From: Candidatus Brocadia sp.
GTDB lineage: Bacteria > Planctomycetota > Brocadiia > Brocadiales > Brocadiaceae
Assembly: GCA_021650915.1 (NCBI GenBank)
Contig: CP091279.1
Location: 120,001-152,000, forward strand
Direction of reading: 5' to 3'
DNA length: 32,000 bases
Below are positions 19,563-29,257 of the stretch, in pieces. The notes beneath the pieces were generated by a model, which searched no databases, was not told where the DNA came from, and saw nothing but the letters and a program-made list of their open reading frames with translations. The translations under genes and the position numbers were made by a program. Within the stretch, counting starts at the first letter, position 1. The number at the start of each line of letters is the position of its first letter.

Positions 19563-20672
19563 TTACAAGGTAATCTCTATCTTTGCCTTTTCCCTAAGAT
19601 CCTTAATCGTGTTATTCATTTCAAGGGCAACCAGCTCCTCCCGGACTCTGTCTTTTACCTGGCTGAAACTGACATCTTTGGGCGGGGTTTTTGCAGTAAC
19701 CTTGATAAGATGATACCCAAATTCCGTTTTGACCGGATCACTCACCTTACCCACCTCCGTAGCAAAAGCAGCTTTGGCAAACTCTTCTACCATGACGCCG
19801 TGCCGGGGGAACGAACCGAGCTCTCCGCCCGTTTTGCCGGTCGGACAGTCAGAATATTTTTTAGCCAATTCGGCAAAATCGGCCCCCTCATCGAGTTCTT
19901 TTTTTATTGATGCAATCTTTGCCCGCGCGCCCTCTATTTCCTCCGGCGTCTTCTTTCCTTTGGTATCAACCAGGATATGACTCGCCGTAACGGTTTCACC
20001 ATTGAAATTACTAATATTTTTCATAAAATAATCTTCTAGTTTTTTCTCGTCGATACCCTTGGATACGTAATTTTCAATCGCGGCCGACATGTTAATTGCA
20101 GTTTTTAACTCTTCAATGTTACTCCCCTGAAATTCCAAAAACTGCTCCAAGGTTTTGTCCTTCGTGGCAGGATTATTTTTAATATTATCCCGCATCTTAG
20201 CAATCTCTTTGTCTACCACTTCTGCCGGGACGCTCAGCTTTTTTTCCACCACGAATTGCCGTAATAAACTCTGCGTTACGAGCTGATCGGTAATCTGCTC
20301 CTCCATAGAAGATATTGTGGCAGGATTCACATGATTTTTAAACCGGTCCAGAATTTTATCGAGATCTTTTCGGAGAATTTTTTCGTTATTTACCGTTGCA
20401 ATAACTTTGTTAGGATCGGCCTTTTCTTTCTTGCCATGGACACTGCCCATACCGTGTCCACCCGAGCCGTTTTCTTCCGCAGCCATTCCTAATGAATGCA
20501 TTTTTTCCTTATCTTCTTTGTTAAAATTAACATTCTGATGTATTTTTGCAAAATCCTGTTCTGCAGATTCATTGCTTGCCTGTGAACTGCCCGATTCATT
20601 CCTCTGACAGCCACAAAGAGAGAAAGCCACGAAAATTGCAAAAACAGAAAAAAGAGCGATTCCTTTTACCAT
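19563..20672 (-). CDS. PpiC/SurA-type peptidyl-prolyl cis-trans isomerase, lipoprotein
   Basis: Lipobox FSLCGC; ETVTASHILVDTKG, DFAELAKKYSDCPTGKTGGELGSFPRHGVMVEEFAKAAF, VKTEFGYHLIKV parvulin motifs. Confidence 0.93.
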   Translation of the reverse strand: MVKGIALFSVFAIFVAFSLCGCQRNESGSSQASNESAEQDFAKIHQNVNFNKEDKEKMHSLGMAAEENGSGGHGMGSVHGKKEKADPNKVIATVNNEKILRKDLDKILDRFKNHVNPATISSMEEQITDQLVTQSLLRQFVVEKKLSVPAEVVDKEIAKMRDNIKNNPATKDKTLEQFLEFQGSNIEELKTAINMSAAIENYVSKGIDEKKLEDYFMKNISNFNGETVTASHILVDTKGKKTPEEIEGARAKIASIKKELDEGADFAELAKKYSDCPTGKTGGELGSFPRHGVMVEEFAKAAFATEVGKVSDPVKTEFGYHLIKVTAKTPPKDVSFSQVKDRVREELVALEMNNTIKDLREKAKIEITL

Positions 20673-20721
20673 AACAACTCCTTCATTAATGATACTTCTG
20701 GCTAGAAAAACTAAAAATTAG

Positions 20722-20952
20722 TTAAAGAGATGGGGCGGTATGCTTTCTTCCATAATAATCCGTGATAAGCTTCAGGAGGTCTTCTTCCTTCAGGTTTGAG
20801 ATATAGTCGAGTGCAATATCTACAAGAAGGTCGACAGAAAGCCGGGGATTCTTTGCAGTAATCGATTGTAATGCCTCATAAATCTCAGGACTGATTTCTA
20901 AGGCTGTTTTTGACTTAAATAGATGATATTTTATGAGCTTGATATTATCCAT
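20722..20952 (-). CDS. Small conserved-looking hypothetical protein (76 aa)
   Basis: Compact ORF MDNIKLIKYHLFKSKTALEISPEIYEAL... between surA-like and tRNA genes. Confidence 0.5.
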   Translation of the reverse strand: MDNIKLIKYHLFKSKTALEISPEIYEALQSITAKNPRLSVDLLVDIALDYISNLKEEDLLKLITDYYGRKHTAPSL

Positions 20953-21062
20953 GATTTTATCTTTTCAAAACACCTGATAAAGGAAATTGGTTCCGCAATT
21001 ATCTTATTTTCTATAATTAATTTGGACAACCGATCTCATCCGCGCATTAAGAGCTGTCATAT

Positions 21063-21146
21063 GGGCGAGGTGGGAGTCGAACCCACACAACCTTTAAGGG
21101 TCAAAGGATTTTAAGTCCTTCGTGTCTGCCATTCCACCACTCGCCC
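21063..21146 (-). tRNA. tRNA-Leu (UAA)
   Basis: Minus strand: GGGCGAGTGGTGGAATGGCAGACACGAAGGACTTAAAATCCTTTG...GGGTTCGACTCCCACCTCGCCC; acceptor GGGCGAG/CTCGCCC, anticodon TAA, long variable arm. Confidence 0.95.
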
Positions 21147-21305
21147 ACTGGTATCTTTGTTTGCCGTTTCGTCACAAATGGTAAGAATAAAAAGAAATTT
21201 CTCCCGTGCACAATTTTCACACGCCGCTCTCACTTTTTTCTATTTTCTTTCCTTCCTTTTCCCGTGGCATTACATTCACTCGCATCTAACCGTATTTTAA
21301 CAAAA

Positions 21306-21377
21306 GGCGGCTCTGGGATTCGAACCCAGGATAACGGTTTTGCAAACCGTGGCCTTAGTCCACTTGGCGAAGCCGCC
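21306..21377 (-). tRNA. tRNA-Cys (GCA)
   Basis: Minus strand: GGCGGCTTCGCCAAGTGGACTAAGGCCACGGTTTGCAAAACCGTTATCCTGGGTTCGAATCCCAGAGCCGCC; anticodon GCA. Confidence 0.95.
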
Positions 21378-21576
21378 ACTTCTGTCTTTTAATATTTAAG
21401 TTTTTTATGTTACCATCTAAAAATAATTAAGGCAAGATGTTTTTTCGCCACTTCAATCTACTCGCACGAATTCTTCTAAGTTTTCGGTAACGGTGATTCC
21501 TCTGCAAACAAAAAGGGGAAGACAGAGCCTTCCCCTTCGTCGCATCGTGAACAGCGCACAAAAAACGCAGAAGTTT

Positions 21577-22419
21577 TTACTTTAAATTTTTTAATGCCTT
21601 TTCCATCCTGGACAGGAGGATACTCACCTCATCAAGCGCTATCTCAGGCGCAGTGACCCTTTCGCATAATAAAGCAAACGTCTTATCAATCTCTTCGGCG
21701 GTCTTATTTCCTGATTCCGTGAGCGGGAAACGCGGTCCTGATGTGGAAGAAGTTTCAGGCGTCACCGATGCATCCGGTTGCTTGATCTTTGCCAATTCTG
21801 CCTCTAAGGCCTCTTTTGCCTTCTGGAGTTCTGTGATTGCCTTCTGTTTTTCTGCAAGTTCCTGATCCGCTAATTTTTTTGCCTCGGTATAATAAATAAG
21901 CTGATTTTTAACATCTTCCCGGTCTCTCTTAATATCCGTAATCTGCAATTCAAATTTCTCTGACAAACCCTTACTATCTGCTTCAACGGCATTAAACTGT
22001 TCCGCTAATTTGGCTTTTGCATTCTCTAATTCCGTGAGCTTGTTTTGCTGCTCCAGGATGGTATTTTGCAATCCGCTTATCTGAACCCCGACAGCCGCCT
22101 TAATAGCGCCGAAGGTATCCACCTCTTTCTGGAGCTCAGACGCCTTTGCCACAAAACCATCTTTTTCGGCAGTACATGCCGTTAACTTATCCTCGACCTC
22201 TTTCTTTGCAACTTCAGCCTTATCTAAATTTTCCATAAGTTCCGGAACTTTTAAAACCTCCTTGCGACCGGCACCCAGTTGCCGTTCAAGGCCGTGCACC
22301 CGCTCTTTCTGTAACCGGTATTTTTCAGTAACCGATACGCCAAATCCAACACACAGCAGTCCAAAAAGACCTACCAATACTACCATAATTGCCTTTGCCT
22401 TCGTATTACAGCTCGACAT
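21577..22419 (-). CDS. Membrane-anchored coiled-coil hypothetical protein (280 aa)
   Basis: N-terminal TM (AIMVVLVGLFGLLCVGFGVSV) followed by long heptad-rich, K/E-rich stretch. Confidence 0.8.
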   Translation of the reverse strand: MSSCNTKAKAIMVVLVGLFGLLCVGFGVSVTEKYRLQKERVHGLERQLGAGRKEVLKVPELMENLDKAEVAKKEVEDKLTACTAEKDGFVAKASELQKEVDTFGAIKAAVGVQISGLQNTILEQQNKLTELENAKAKLAEQFNAVEADSKGLSEKFELQITDIKRDREDVKNQLIYYTEAKKLADQELAEKQKAITELQKAKEALEAELAKIKQPDASVTPETSSTSGPRFPLTESGNKTAEEIDKTFALLCERVTAPEIALDEVSILLSRMEKALKNLK

Positions 22420-22721
22420 ACCTGCCCCCCCTTTTGGTGTACTTTGGTTAAATTTTTAATAGTTGCTATAGAAGATTTTAAGGTATTTACAAAAATGATC
22501 GGATACAAATAATAGCAAAAGGCAGCTCTCGTTTCAAGTAAAATTGTTCCTGCAAATTGGCAACAATTTAGACTTGATTTTCAGGATCGCAAATTACGAT
22601 AATATGATGAGGGTGATAATCCACAATAATAAATCCGCGATCAAATAACGACAATCTGCAGAAACAATGGACCTCATTCCATTTTTTGTATCTTGTTAAC
22701 CTGCATTAATGAAAGACCCGT

Positions 22722-25700
22722 ATGAAGAACGAAAATTTTGTCCATCTCCATGTCCATAGTGAATATAGTCTTCTTGACGGCGCCTGCAAAATCAGTGATC
22801 TTGTTGATAAAGCCTTGCAGCTGAAAATGCCCGCCCTTGCCCTGACCGATCATGGGAATATGTTTGGCGCTGTGGAGTTTTATGAAATGGCAAGGTCAAA
22901 AGGAATAAAGCCCATATTGGGATATGAGGCCTATGTGGCACAGGGCAGTCGTTTTGATAAAGAAGCGAAAAACGGAAAGGAAACGATCAGCCACATCACC
23001 CTCCTTGCAGAAGATAACGAAGGATATCGCAATCTTCTCAAGCTCACAACATCAGCATATCTTGAGGGCTTTTACTACAAACCAAGAATCGACAAGGCAA
23101 TCCTGAAGGCGCATGCCACAGGGCTCATTTGCCTCAGTGGCTGCATGACCTCGGAAATTAATCGTTATTTAGTACAGAACCGCACGGAAGAGGCATCACA
23201 GGTAGCAAGGGAATTCAAGGATATCTTTGGGCCAGAGCATTTTTACCTGGAAGTCCAAAACAACGGAATCGAACATCAGGCAAAGTTGGTATCAGACGCG
23301 GCGGAGATAGGAAGGAAGTTCGGCATCCCGCTTGTTGCAACCAACGACATCCACTATTTGAATATGGATGACGCTACCGCCCACGATGCCCTGCTCTGCA
23401 TTAATACCGGGAAACATCTATCGGACGTCCAAAGGATGCGTTTCGGAACGAACGAATTTTATTTCAAAAACTTTCAGGAGATGCACACCGTCTTCCAGCA
23501 TATACCCGAGGCCTTAGAGAATACAGTAAAAATCGCCAACCGCTGTAATGTGGAAATGACCTTCGGGAAGATGCACCTGCCCAAATTTACCGCACCAAAC
23601 GGTATGACCAACAATGCCTATCTGAGAAAACTCTGCGAGGAGGGCGCCGTGCAAATATACGGTTCTCTTAACCAGAATATCCGCGACCGTCTGGATTACG
23701 AGCTAAAGGTTATCGAAAGCACGGGATTTGTGGATTATTTTTTAATTGTCTGGGACTTTATTCACTTTGCCATTCAGCATCGTATTCCCGCTACAGGCCG
23801 TGGTTCAGGCGCCGGCAGTCTCGTTGCCTACGTGCTGAATATTACAAACATTGACCCCCTTGAAAACGATTTGCTCTTTGAGCGGTTTCTGAATGCGGAG
23901 AGAATCTCCATGCCTGATCTGGATATTGATTTCTGCGCTGAAGGCCGCGAAAAGGTCATTCAGTACGTCCGGCAAAAATACGGCGGCGACAGCAACGTCG
24001 CCCAGATCATCACCTTTGGAACGATGAAGGCAAAGGCCGTCATCCGGGACGTCGGACGGGTGATGAATATACCGTTATCCGAAGTAGACAAGGTGGCCAA
24101 ATTGATCCCCAATACCCTTAACATAACTTTAAAGGAGGCCCTGGAGCAGGAGCCAGCGCTCAAAGCGCTGTATGAAAACGAAAAACATATTCATGATCTG
24201 TTTGACATTTCCAAAAAACTGGAGGGACTCTGCCGCCACGCATCGGTGCATGCTGCAGGTATCGTCATTTCAGACGAACCGTTAACTGAATACGTCCCCT
24301 TGGCAAAGAATGGAGACGTGGTTACCACACAATTTTATGATGAAATCCTGGTAGATAAAATCGGGTTGCTGAAGGCAGATTTTCTTGGCGTCCGGAAACT
24401 AACCGTCCTTGATAAGGCCCTGAAACTGATCCGGGAAACGACGGGTAAGGACATTGATCTGACAAAGATTCCTATGGATGACAGGAAAACATATGAATTA
24501 TTATCCCGCGGGAATGTAAAGGGGGTCTTCCAGGTAGAAACCAGTCGTGGCTTTAAAGAACTGCTCAAAAAGCTAAAACCCGATACCTTTGCAGACATCT
24601 TACCCCTCGTGGCATTGTACAGGCCTGGTCCTTTGCAAAGTGGGATGGTAGACTCCTTTATTAACCGAAAGCACGGCAGGGAAGAGGTTGCCTATCCTCA
24701 TCCTTTCCTAGAACCGATCCTGAAAGAGACCTACGGCGTAATTTTATACCAGGAGCAGGTCATGCGTATTGCCAACCGTTTGGCAGGATTTTCCCTGAAT
24801 CAGGCCGACAACCTTCGCAAAGCCATGGGAAAGAAGAAGCCGGAGATTATGGCAAAATTCAAGGACCAGTTCATCAACGGCGCAGTCGCGAATGGAATCC
24901 CGAAAGAGACTGCGGTCAGCATATTCGAATTGATGGAATATTTTGCAGGTTACGGATTTAACAAATCTCATTCTGCAGCCTATGCGGTAATCACGTACCA
25001 AACCGCTTATCTGAAGGCGAACTACCCGGTACAGTACATGGTTGCCCAACTCAGTTGTGAAAAACAGAATATGGATAAGATCGTGGACTATATTGAGGAC
25101 TGCCGCCACACGGGCATCGGGGTGCTTCCCCCCGATATCAACGAAAGTCAAAACGACTTTACCATCTCCCAGGGAAACAAGATACGGTTTGGATTAGGGG
25201 CAATCAAAAATGTGGGCGATAAGGCTATCGAGTCCATTATACAGTCACGGGACAAAGGGGAACGCTATACCTCAATCCTGGATCTATGCAAACGGGTTGA
25301 TATGCGGGTTGTCAACAAACAGGTACTCGAGTCTTTGATCAAATCCGGATGTTTTGACTCACTGCATGACAACCGGGCAAAACTCCTTGCCGGACTCGAT
25401 ACGGCTATGCAATTAGGCGGTATAGCAGGTAAAGAAAGACGAAAGGGGCAAAAATCCCTGTTTGCCATTGGAAGTGATCTGGATATTGCCGTGAAGGCAG
25501 ATGCCGGAACAGAGACTGAGGTGAAGCAGTGGACAGAAAAAGAGATCCGTCAGGCAGAGAAGGAAAGCCTCGGTTTCTACCTGAGTTCGCATCCATTGAA
25601 TGTCTGCCAGCAAAAGATTAAACAGTTGTCTACCGTGTCTTCAGCAGAAATGTCAGAACATGCTGATGGAGAAGAGATCATTATCGGGGGTATTGTCACC

Positions 25701-26192
25701 AATCTGAAACCGAGTGTAACGAAACGGGGCGATCCCATGATGTATATCACCCTGGAAGATATGAAGGGCGCCGTTGAGTGCGTTATCTTTAGCAAAGAAA
25801 TGAAGTCGCATCAGTCGTTATTAAACATGGATGAAATTGTTTTCGTGAAGGGCCAGATTGGTTTCCAGAGCACTGCCCCGTCCATACGGATAAAAGAGAT
25901 GATAGCCGAAAAAGACGCACTAAAGCGTCTGACCAAATGCATAACACTTCGGTTTGAAGGAGCACATTTTGATGAGGTAAAATTAAATCAGCTCAGGGAA
26001 ATCATCAAGAAACACTCCGGCACATGCCCGCTCTTCCTCGAAATCAGCAACCCCGAACAAACCAGCACAGTAATTAAAGCCTCAAGTCAATATTTCACAT
26101 CGGTAACGGACAATTTTCTGTCTTGTATAAAAGAACTCTTTGGTCCCGATGCGCTCAAGCTTAATCAGAGAGAAATGCTTGCTATGGTTTAA
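22722..26192 (+). CDS. dnaE: DNA polymerase III alpha subunit
   Basis: PHP domain FVHLHVHSEYSLLDGACKI; RGSGAGSLVAYVLNITNIDPL; FERFLNAERISMPDLDIDFC; ALYRPGPLQSGMVDSFI; FAGYGFNKSHSAAYAVITYQTAYLKANYP. Confidence 0.98.
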   Translation: MKNENFVHLHVHSEYSLLDGACKISDLVDKALQLKMPALALTDHGNMFGAVEFYEMARSKGIKPILGYEAYVAQGSRFDKEAKNGKETISHITLLAEDNEGYRNLLKLTTSAYLEGFYYKPRIDKAILKAHATGLICLSGCMTSEINRYLVQNRTEEASQVAREFKDIFGPEHFYLEVQNNGIEHQAKLVSDAAEIGRKFGIPLVATNDIHYLNMDDATAHDALLCINTGKHLSDVQRMRFGTNEFYFKNFQEMHTVFQHIPEALENTVKIANRCNVEMTFGKMHLPKFTAPNGMTNNAYLRKLCEEGAVQIYGSLNQNIRDRLDYELKVIESTGFVDYFLIVWDFIHFAIQHRIPATGRGSGAGSLVAYVLNITNIDPLENDLLFERFLNAERISMPDLDIDFCAEGREKVIQYVRQKYGGDSNVAQIITFGTMKAKAVIRDVGRVMNIPLSEVDKVAKLIPNTLNITLKEALEQEPALKALYENEKHIHDLFDISKKLEGLCRHASVHAAGIVISDEPLTEYVPLAKNGDVVTTQFYDEILVDKIGLLKADFLGVRKLTVLDKALKLIRETTGKDIDLTKIPMDDRKTYELLSRGNVKGVFQVETSRGFKELLKKLKPDTFADILPLVALYRPGPLQSGMVDSFINRKHGREEVAYPHPFLEPILKETYGVILYQEQVMRIANRLAGFSLNQADNLRKAMGKKKPEIMAKFKDQFINGAVANGIPKETAVSIFELMEYFAGYGFNKSHSAAYAVITYQTAYLKANYPVQYMVAQLSCEKQNMDKIVDYIEDCRHTGIGVLPPDINESQNDFTISQGNKIRFGLGAIKNVGDKAIESIIQSRDKGERYTSILDLCKRVDMRVVNKQVLESLIKSGCFDSLHDNRAKLLAGLDTAMQLGGIAGKERRKGQKSLFAIGSDLDIAVKADAGTETEVKQWTEKEIRQAEKESLGFYLSSHPLNVCQQKIKQLSTVSSAEMSEHADGEEIIIGGIVTNLKPSVTKRGDPMMYITLEDMKGAVECVIFSKEMKSHQSLLNMDEIVFVKGQIGFQSTAPSIRIKEMIAEKDALKRLTKCITLRFEGAHFDEVKLNQLREIIKKHSGTCPLFLEISNPEQTSTVIKASSQYFTSVTDNFLSCIKELFGPDALKLNQREMLAMV

Positions 26193-26408
26193 AAGATTCT
26201 CCATGCCCGCACCCGGTGTTTTTGCCCTGAATGGGATGGCCGGTTAGCGTTAGAATATCTTCTTTCCTCACCGGTGGGATATTGTATCTATGCAAAATCT
26301 CTTCATTAAAAATTGCGGATAAGTGGCCTTTTTCTTATCAGCATTAGCATCCTTTTTGTCGTTGTTACCTAGAATATAAAAAACACCAAACACCCTGCAT
26401 CGCCTTAA

Positions 26409-28633
26409 CCCGACATTAGCAATTCGCGCCCAAAAAAGTTTATTTTTGGGCAAGAGTCGCCAGGAAACCCGTGATATTCAAGGGGTGAATTTTCAAAACG
26501 GCTTGTAGTGCCGACCTACCCTCTTGACGCATGCAGGGGGAAGTGCGAAAATGCTCGCATGCTTCTCCGGGAAAAGACACGAACGAAAGATGGAAAAACC
26601 CACCGTTATTGGAGCATGGTGGAGAACCGCCGGGTCAGCGGAAGAAGGGTGGTGCAGCGGCAGGTTCTCTATTTGGGAGAACCCAATGACAACCAACGCG
26701 CTGGGTGGGTTCGGACGATAGAGGCGGTGTCGGGTAAAGAACCCAGGCCAAGACAACTGGCATTGTTTCCGGACGACCGGGAAGCCATGCCGATACCGGA
26801 TGGTGAGACCGTTCAGGTGAGATTGGACAAAATAGAGCTGCGCCATCCACGGGAGTGGGGAGCAAGCTGGTTGGGATTGTATGTATAGTATTACTGTATA
26901 AAAACTTCTTTTTTCTGTGAGTTTTTTCACAAACCCCTTTCAGGAGGTACCGTTTTTTATGAGTGAAAGATTGCTTCGCTTCACTCGCAATGACAGCATG
27001 CAGTGTACCATCAAAGTGCATGGCCGGTGTCATTGCGAGGGCCTTTTCCGAAGCAATCTCCCCGCTTTCATAAAGGAAATTTGGTTGTGGCTGTGCCGCG
27101 CTATGGAATATGCTGGAACTGGACACATTCTGGAGGATGCGTCTGCCGTCAAGCCGGAAGGGGACAATCTGGTTGAATATACTGAAGGCGCTTGTCTGTT
27201 ACCGGTTGATCGATCCGGGAAGCGAATTTCGTTTTCACCGTGAGCGGTACGTGCGCAGCGCAATAGGCGATCTGCTGGGAGAGGATTATTCCCTGGCGCA
27301 GAAGGACAAGGCGTATCGTTGTTTGGATTTGTTGCTTGAGCATCGGGACGAGCTGTTTGCCTATTTAAAGGAGAAGTGGGGCAAGCTCTTTGGGGCGAAG
27401 TACGATGTACTGCTGTATGATTTGACGAGTACGTATTTTGAAAGTGACCCACCTCCGACTGGATCGGGGAGTAAGAAACGGTTTGGATATAGCCGGGACA
27501 AACGTTCGGATTGCGTGCAGGTGGTAGTGGCATTGGTGTTAACGCCGGAAGGATTTCCCGTGGCCTACGAAGTGTATCCGGGCAATACCAGAGACACCGC
27601 AACGCTGGAGGAATTTCTGGATCGGATTGAAAAGCAGTATGGGAAATTCCGGCGCACCTGGCTTATGGATCGCGGTATTCCAACGGAGGAGATGTTGGAA
27701 AAGATGCGTGAGCGCGGGATTGATTATTTGGTTGGGACTCCGAAGGGACATTTGACGCGAGTAGAAAAACCGTTGCTCGAACAAACCTGGATGCAGGCGA
27801 GGGAGAGCGTCCGCGTGAAAGTTCTTCGGCAGGAATCGGAGTTTTACGTTTACGTGGAAAGCCATGACCGGGTGTCTAAGGAGCGTGCCATGCGTAGGCG
27901 CAGACTCAGACGTCTGTGGGTGGGCTTGCGCGAACTTCGCAATCGAAAAGCCCTCACGCACGATGACCTGCTCATGCATATTGGCGCGTTAAAGAGAGAA
28001 GCCGGACGAGACTACAGGCTGGTCACGATCTCCATTCCCAAACCGCAGGAACCGGTCAATGAGAATACGTTCCGGTTCAGTTTGGATCGGGAACGCCTGA
28101 GGCAGGCGTATCGGCGCGAGGGGCGTTATTTGCTTCGTTCCAACATGCAGGCCACCGCGCCAGAAACCGTCTGGGAAAATTATTTGCTGTTGACACGGAT
28201 AGAACAGGCATTTAAGGACTTGAAGGGGTCTCTTTCCGTCCGCCCCCTATGGCATCAATTGGAACGGAGAATTGAAGCCCATATCTTTGTTTCCTTTTTG
28301 GCTTTTTGTCTCCACACGACACTGCGCAATCTTGCGCGGGGGAGGGCCGGAGGGCTGACGTCTGAAGCGATTTTGGAAAAACTGTCGGGCATTCAAATGA
28401 TAGACGTTCATTTACCGACCACGGATGGCCGTCATATTGTCATGAGTCGTTATACCCAGCCGGAGAAGGACGTTTTACTCCTTTTGGCACAATTGGGATT
28501 AACGCTTCCTGAACAACCGCCGCCCAAGGTTTACGCATCCGGACAGGTCGGCCTGTAGTGCCGACCTTTTTACATGACCCCTTGATTTTACTGGCTTAGC
28601 GGGTTGTATACCCCTCGAATTGCGAAAGTCGGG
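26409..28633 (+). mobile_element. IS-A copy C4 (IS1634-like), interrupted by a ~216-bp mobile repeat; transposase in two parts (26508-26885, 27104-28558)
   Basis: Left end CCCGACATTAGCAATTCG, right end CGAATTGCGAAAGTCGGG; transposase parts align with C3, insert after LGLYV. Confidence 0.93.
26886..27101 (+). mobile_element. Small (~216 bp) non-autonomous insert with REP-like inverted repeat, inserted at TA
   Basis: Intact C3 has TGTATGTATGGAATATG; here TGTATGTA[TAGTATTACTG...GCCGCGC]TATGGAATATG. Internal arms GATTGCTTCGCTTCACTCGCAATGAC and GTCATTGCGAGGGCCTTTTCCGAAGCAATC. Confidence 0.75.
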
Positions 28634-29257
28634 CTAGAATATAAAAAACACCAAACACCCTGCATCGCCTTAACCCGACATTAGCAATTCGCGTCCAAAA
28701 AAGGTTATTTTTGGGCAAGAGTCGCCAGGAAACCCGTGATATTCAAGGGGTGAATTTTCAAAACGGCTTGTAGTGCCGACCTACCCTCTTGACGCATGCA
28801 GGGGGAAGTGCGAAAATGCTCGCATGCTTCTCCGGGAAAAGACACGAACGAAAGATGGAAAAACCCACCGTTATTGGAGCATGGTAGAGAACCGCCGGGT
28901 CAGCGGAAGAAGGGTGGTGCAGCGGCAGGTTCTCTCTTTGGGAGAACTCAATGACAATCAACGGGCTGGGTGGGTTCGGACGATAGAGGCGGTGTCGGGT
29001 AAAGAACCCAGGCCAAGACAACTGGCATTGTTTCCGGATGACCGGGAAGCCATGCCGATACCGGATGGTGAGACCGTTCGGGTGCGGTTGGACAAAATAG
29101 AGCTGCGCCATCCGCGGGAGTGGGGAGCAAGCTGGTTGGGATTGTATGTATAGTATTACTGTATAAAAACTTCTTTTTTCTGTGAGTTTTTTCACAAACC
29201 CCTTTCAGGAGGTACCGTTTTTTATGAGTGAAAGATTGCTTCGCTTCACTCGCAATG

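Larger units (their letters stand above)
26369..28633 (+). repeat. First unit of a tandem duplication (2265 bp: 40-bp flank plus IS-A copy C4)
   Basis: CTAGAATATAAAAAACACCAAACACCCTGCATCGCCTTAA occurs at 26369-26408 and at 28634-28673, each followed by the same variant IS end CCCGACATTAGCAATTCG. Confidence 0.9.

Noticed and set aside
22420-22721. Regulatory RNA upstream of dnaE
   Set aside because: Intergenic sequence is AT-rich with no convincing stem-terminator or known aptamer motif by eye.
23960-25795. Minus-strand and alternative-frame ORFs inside dnaE
   Set aside because: Fully contained in a strongly supported dnaE gene and without recognisable domains.
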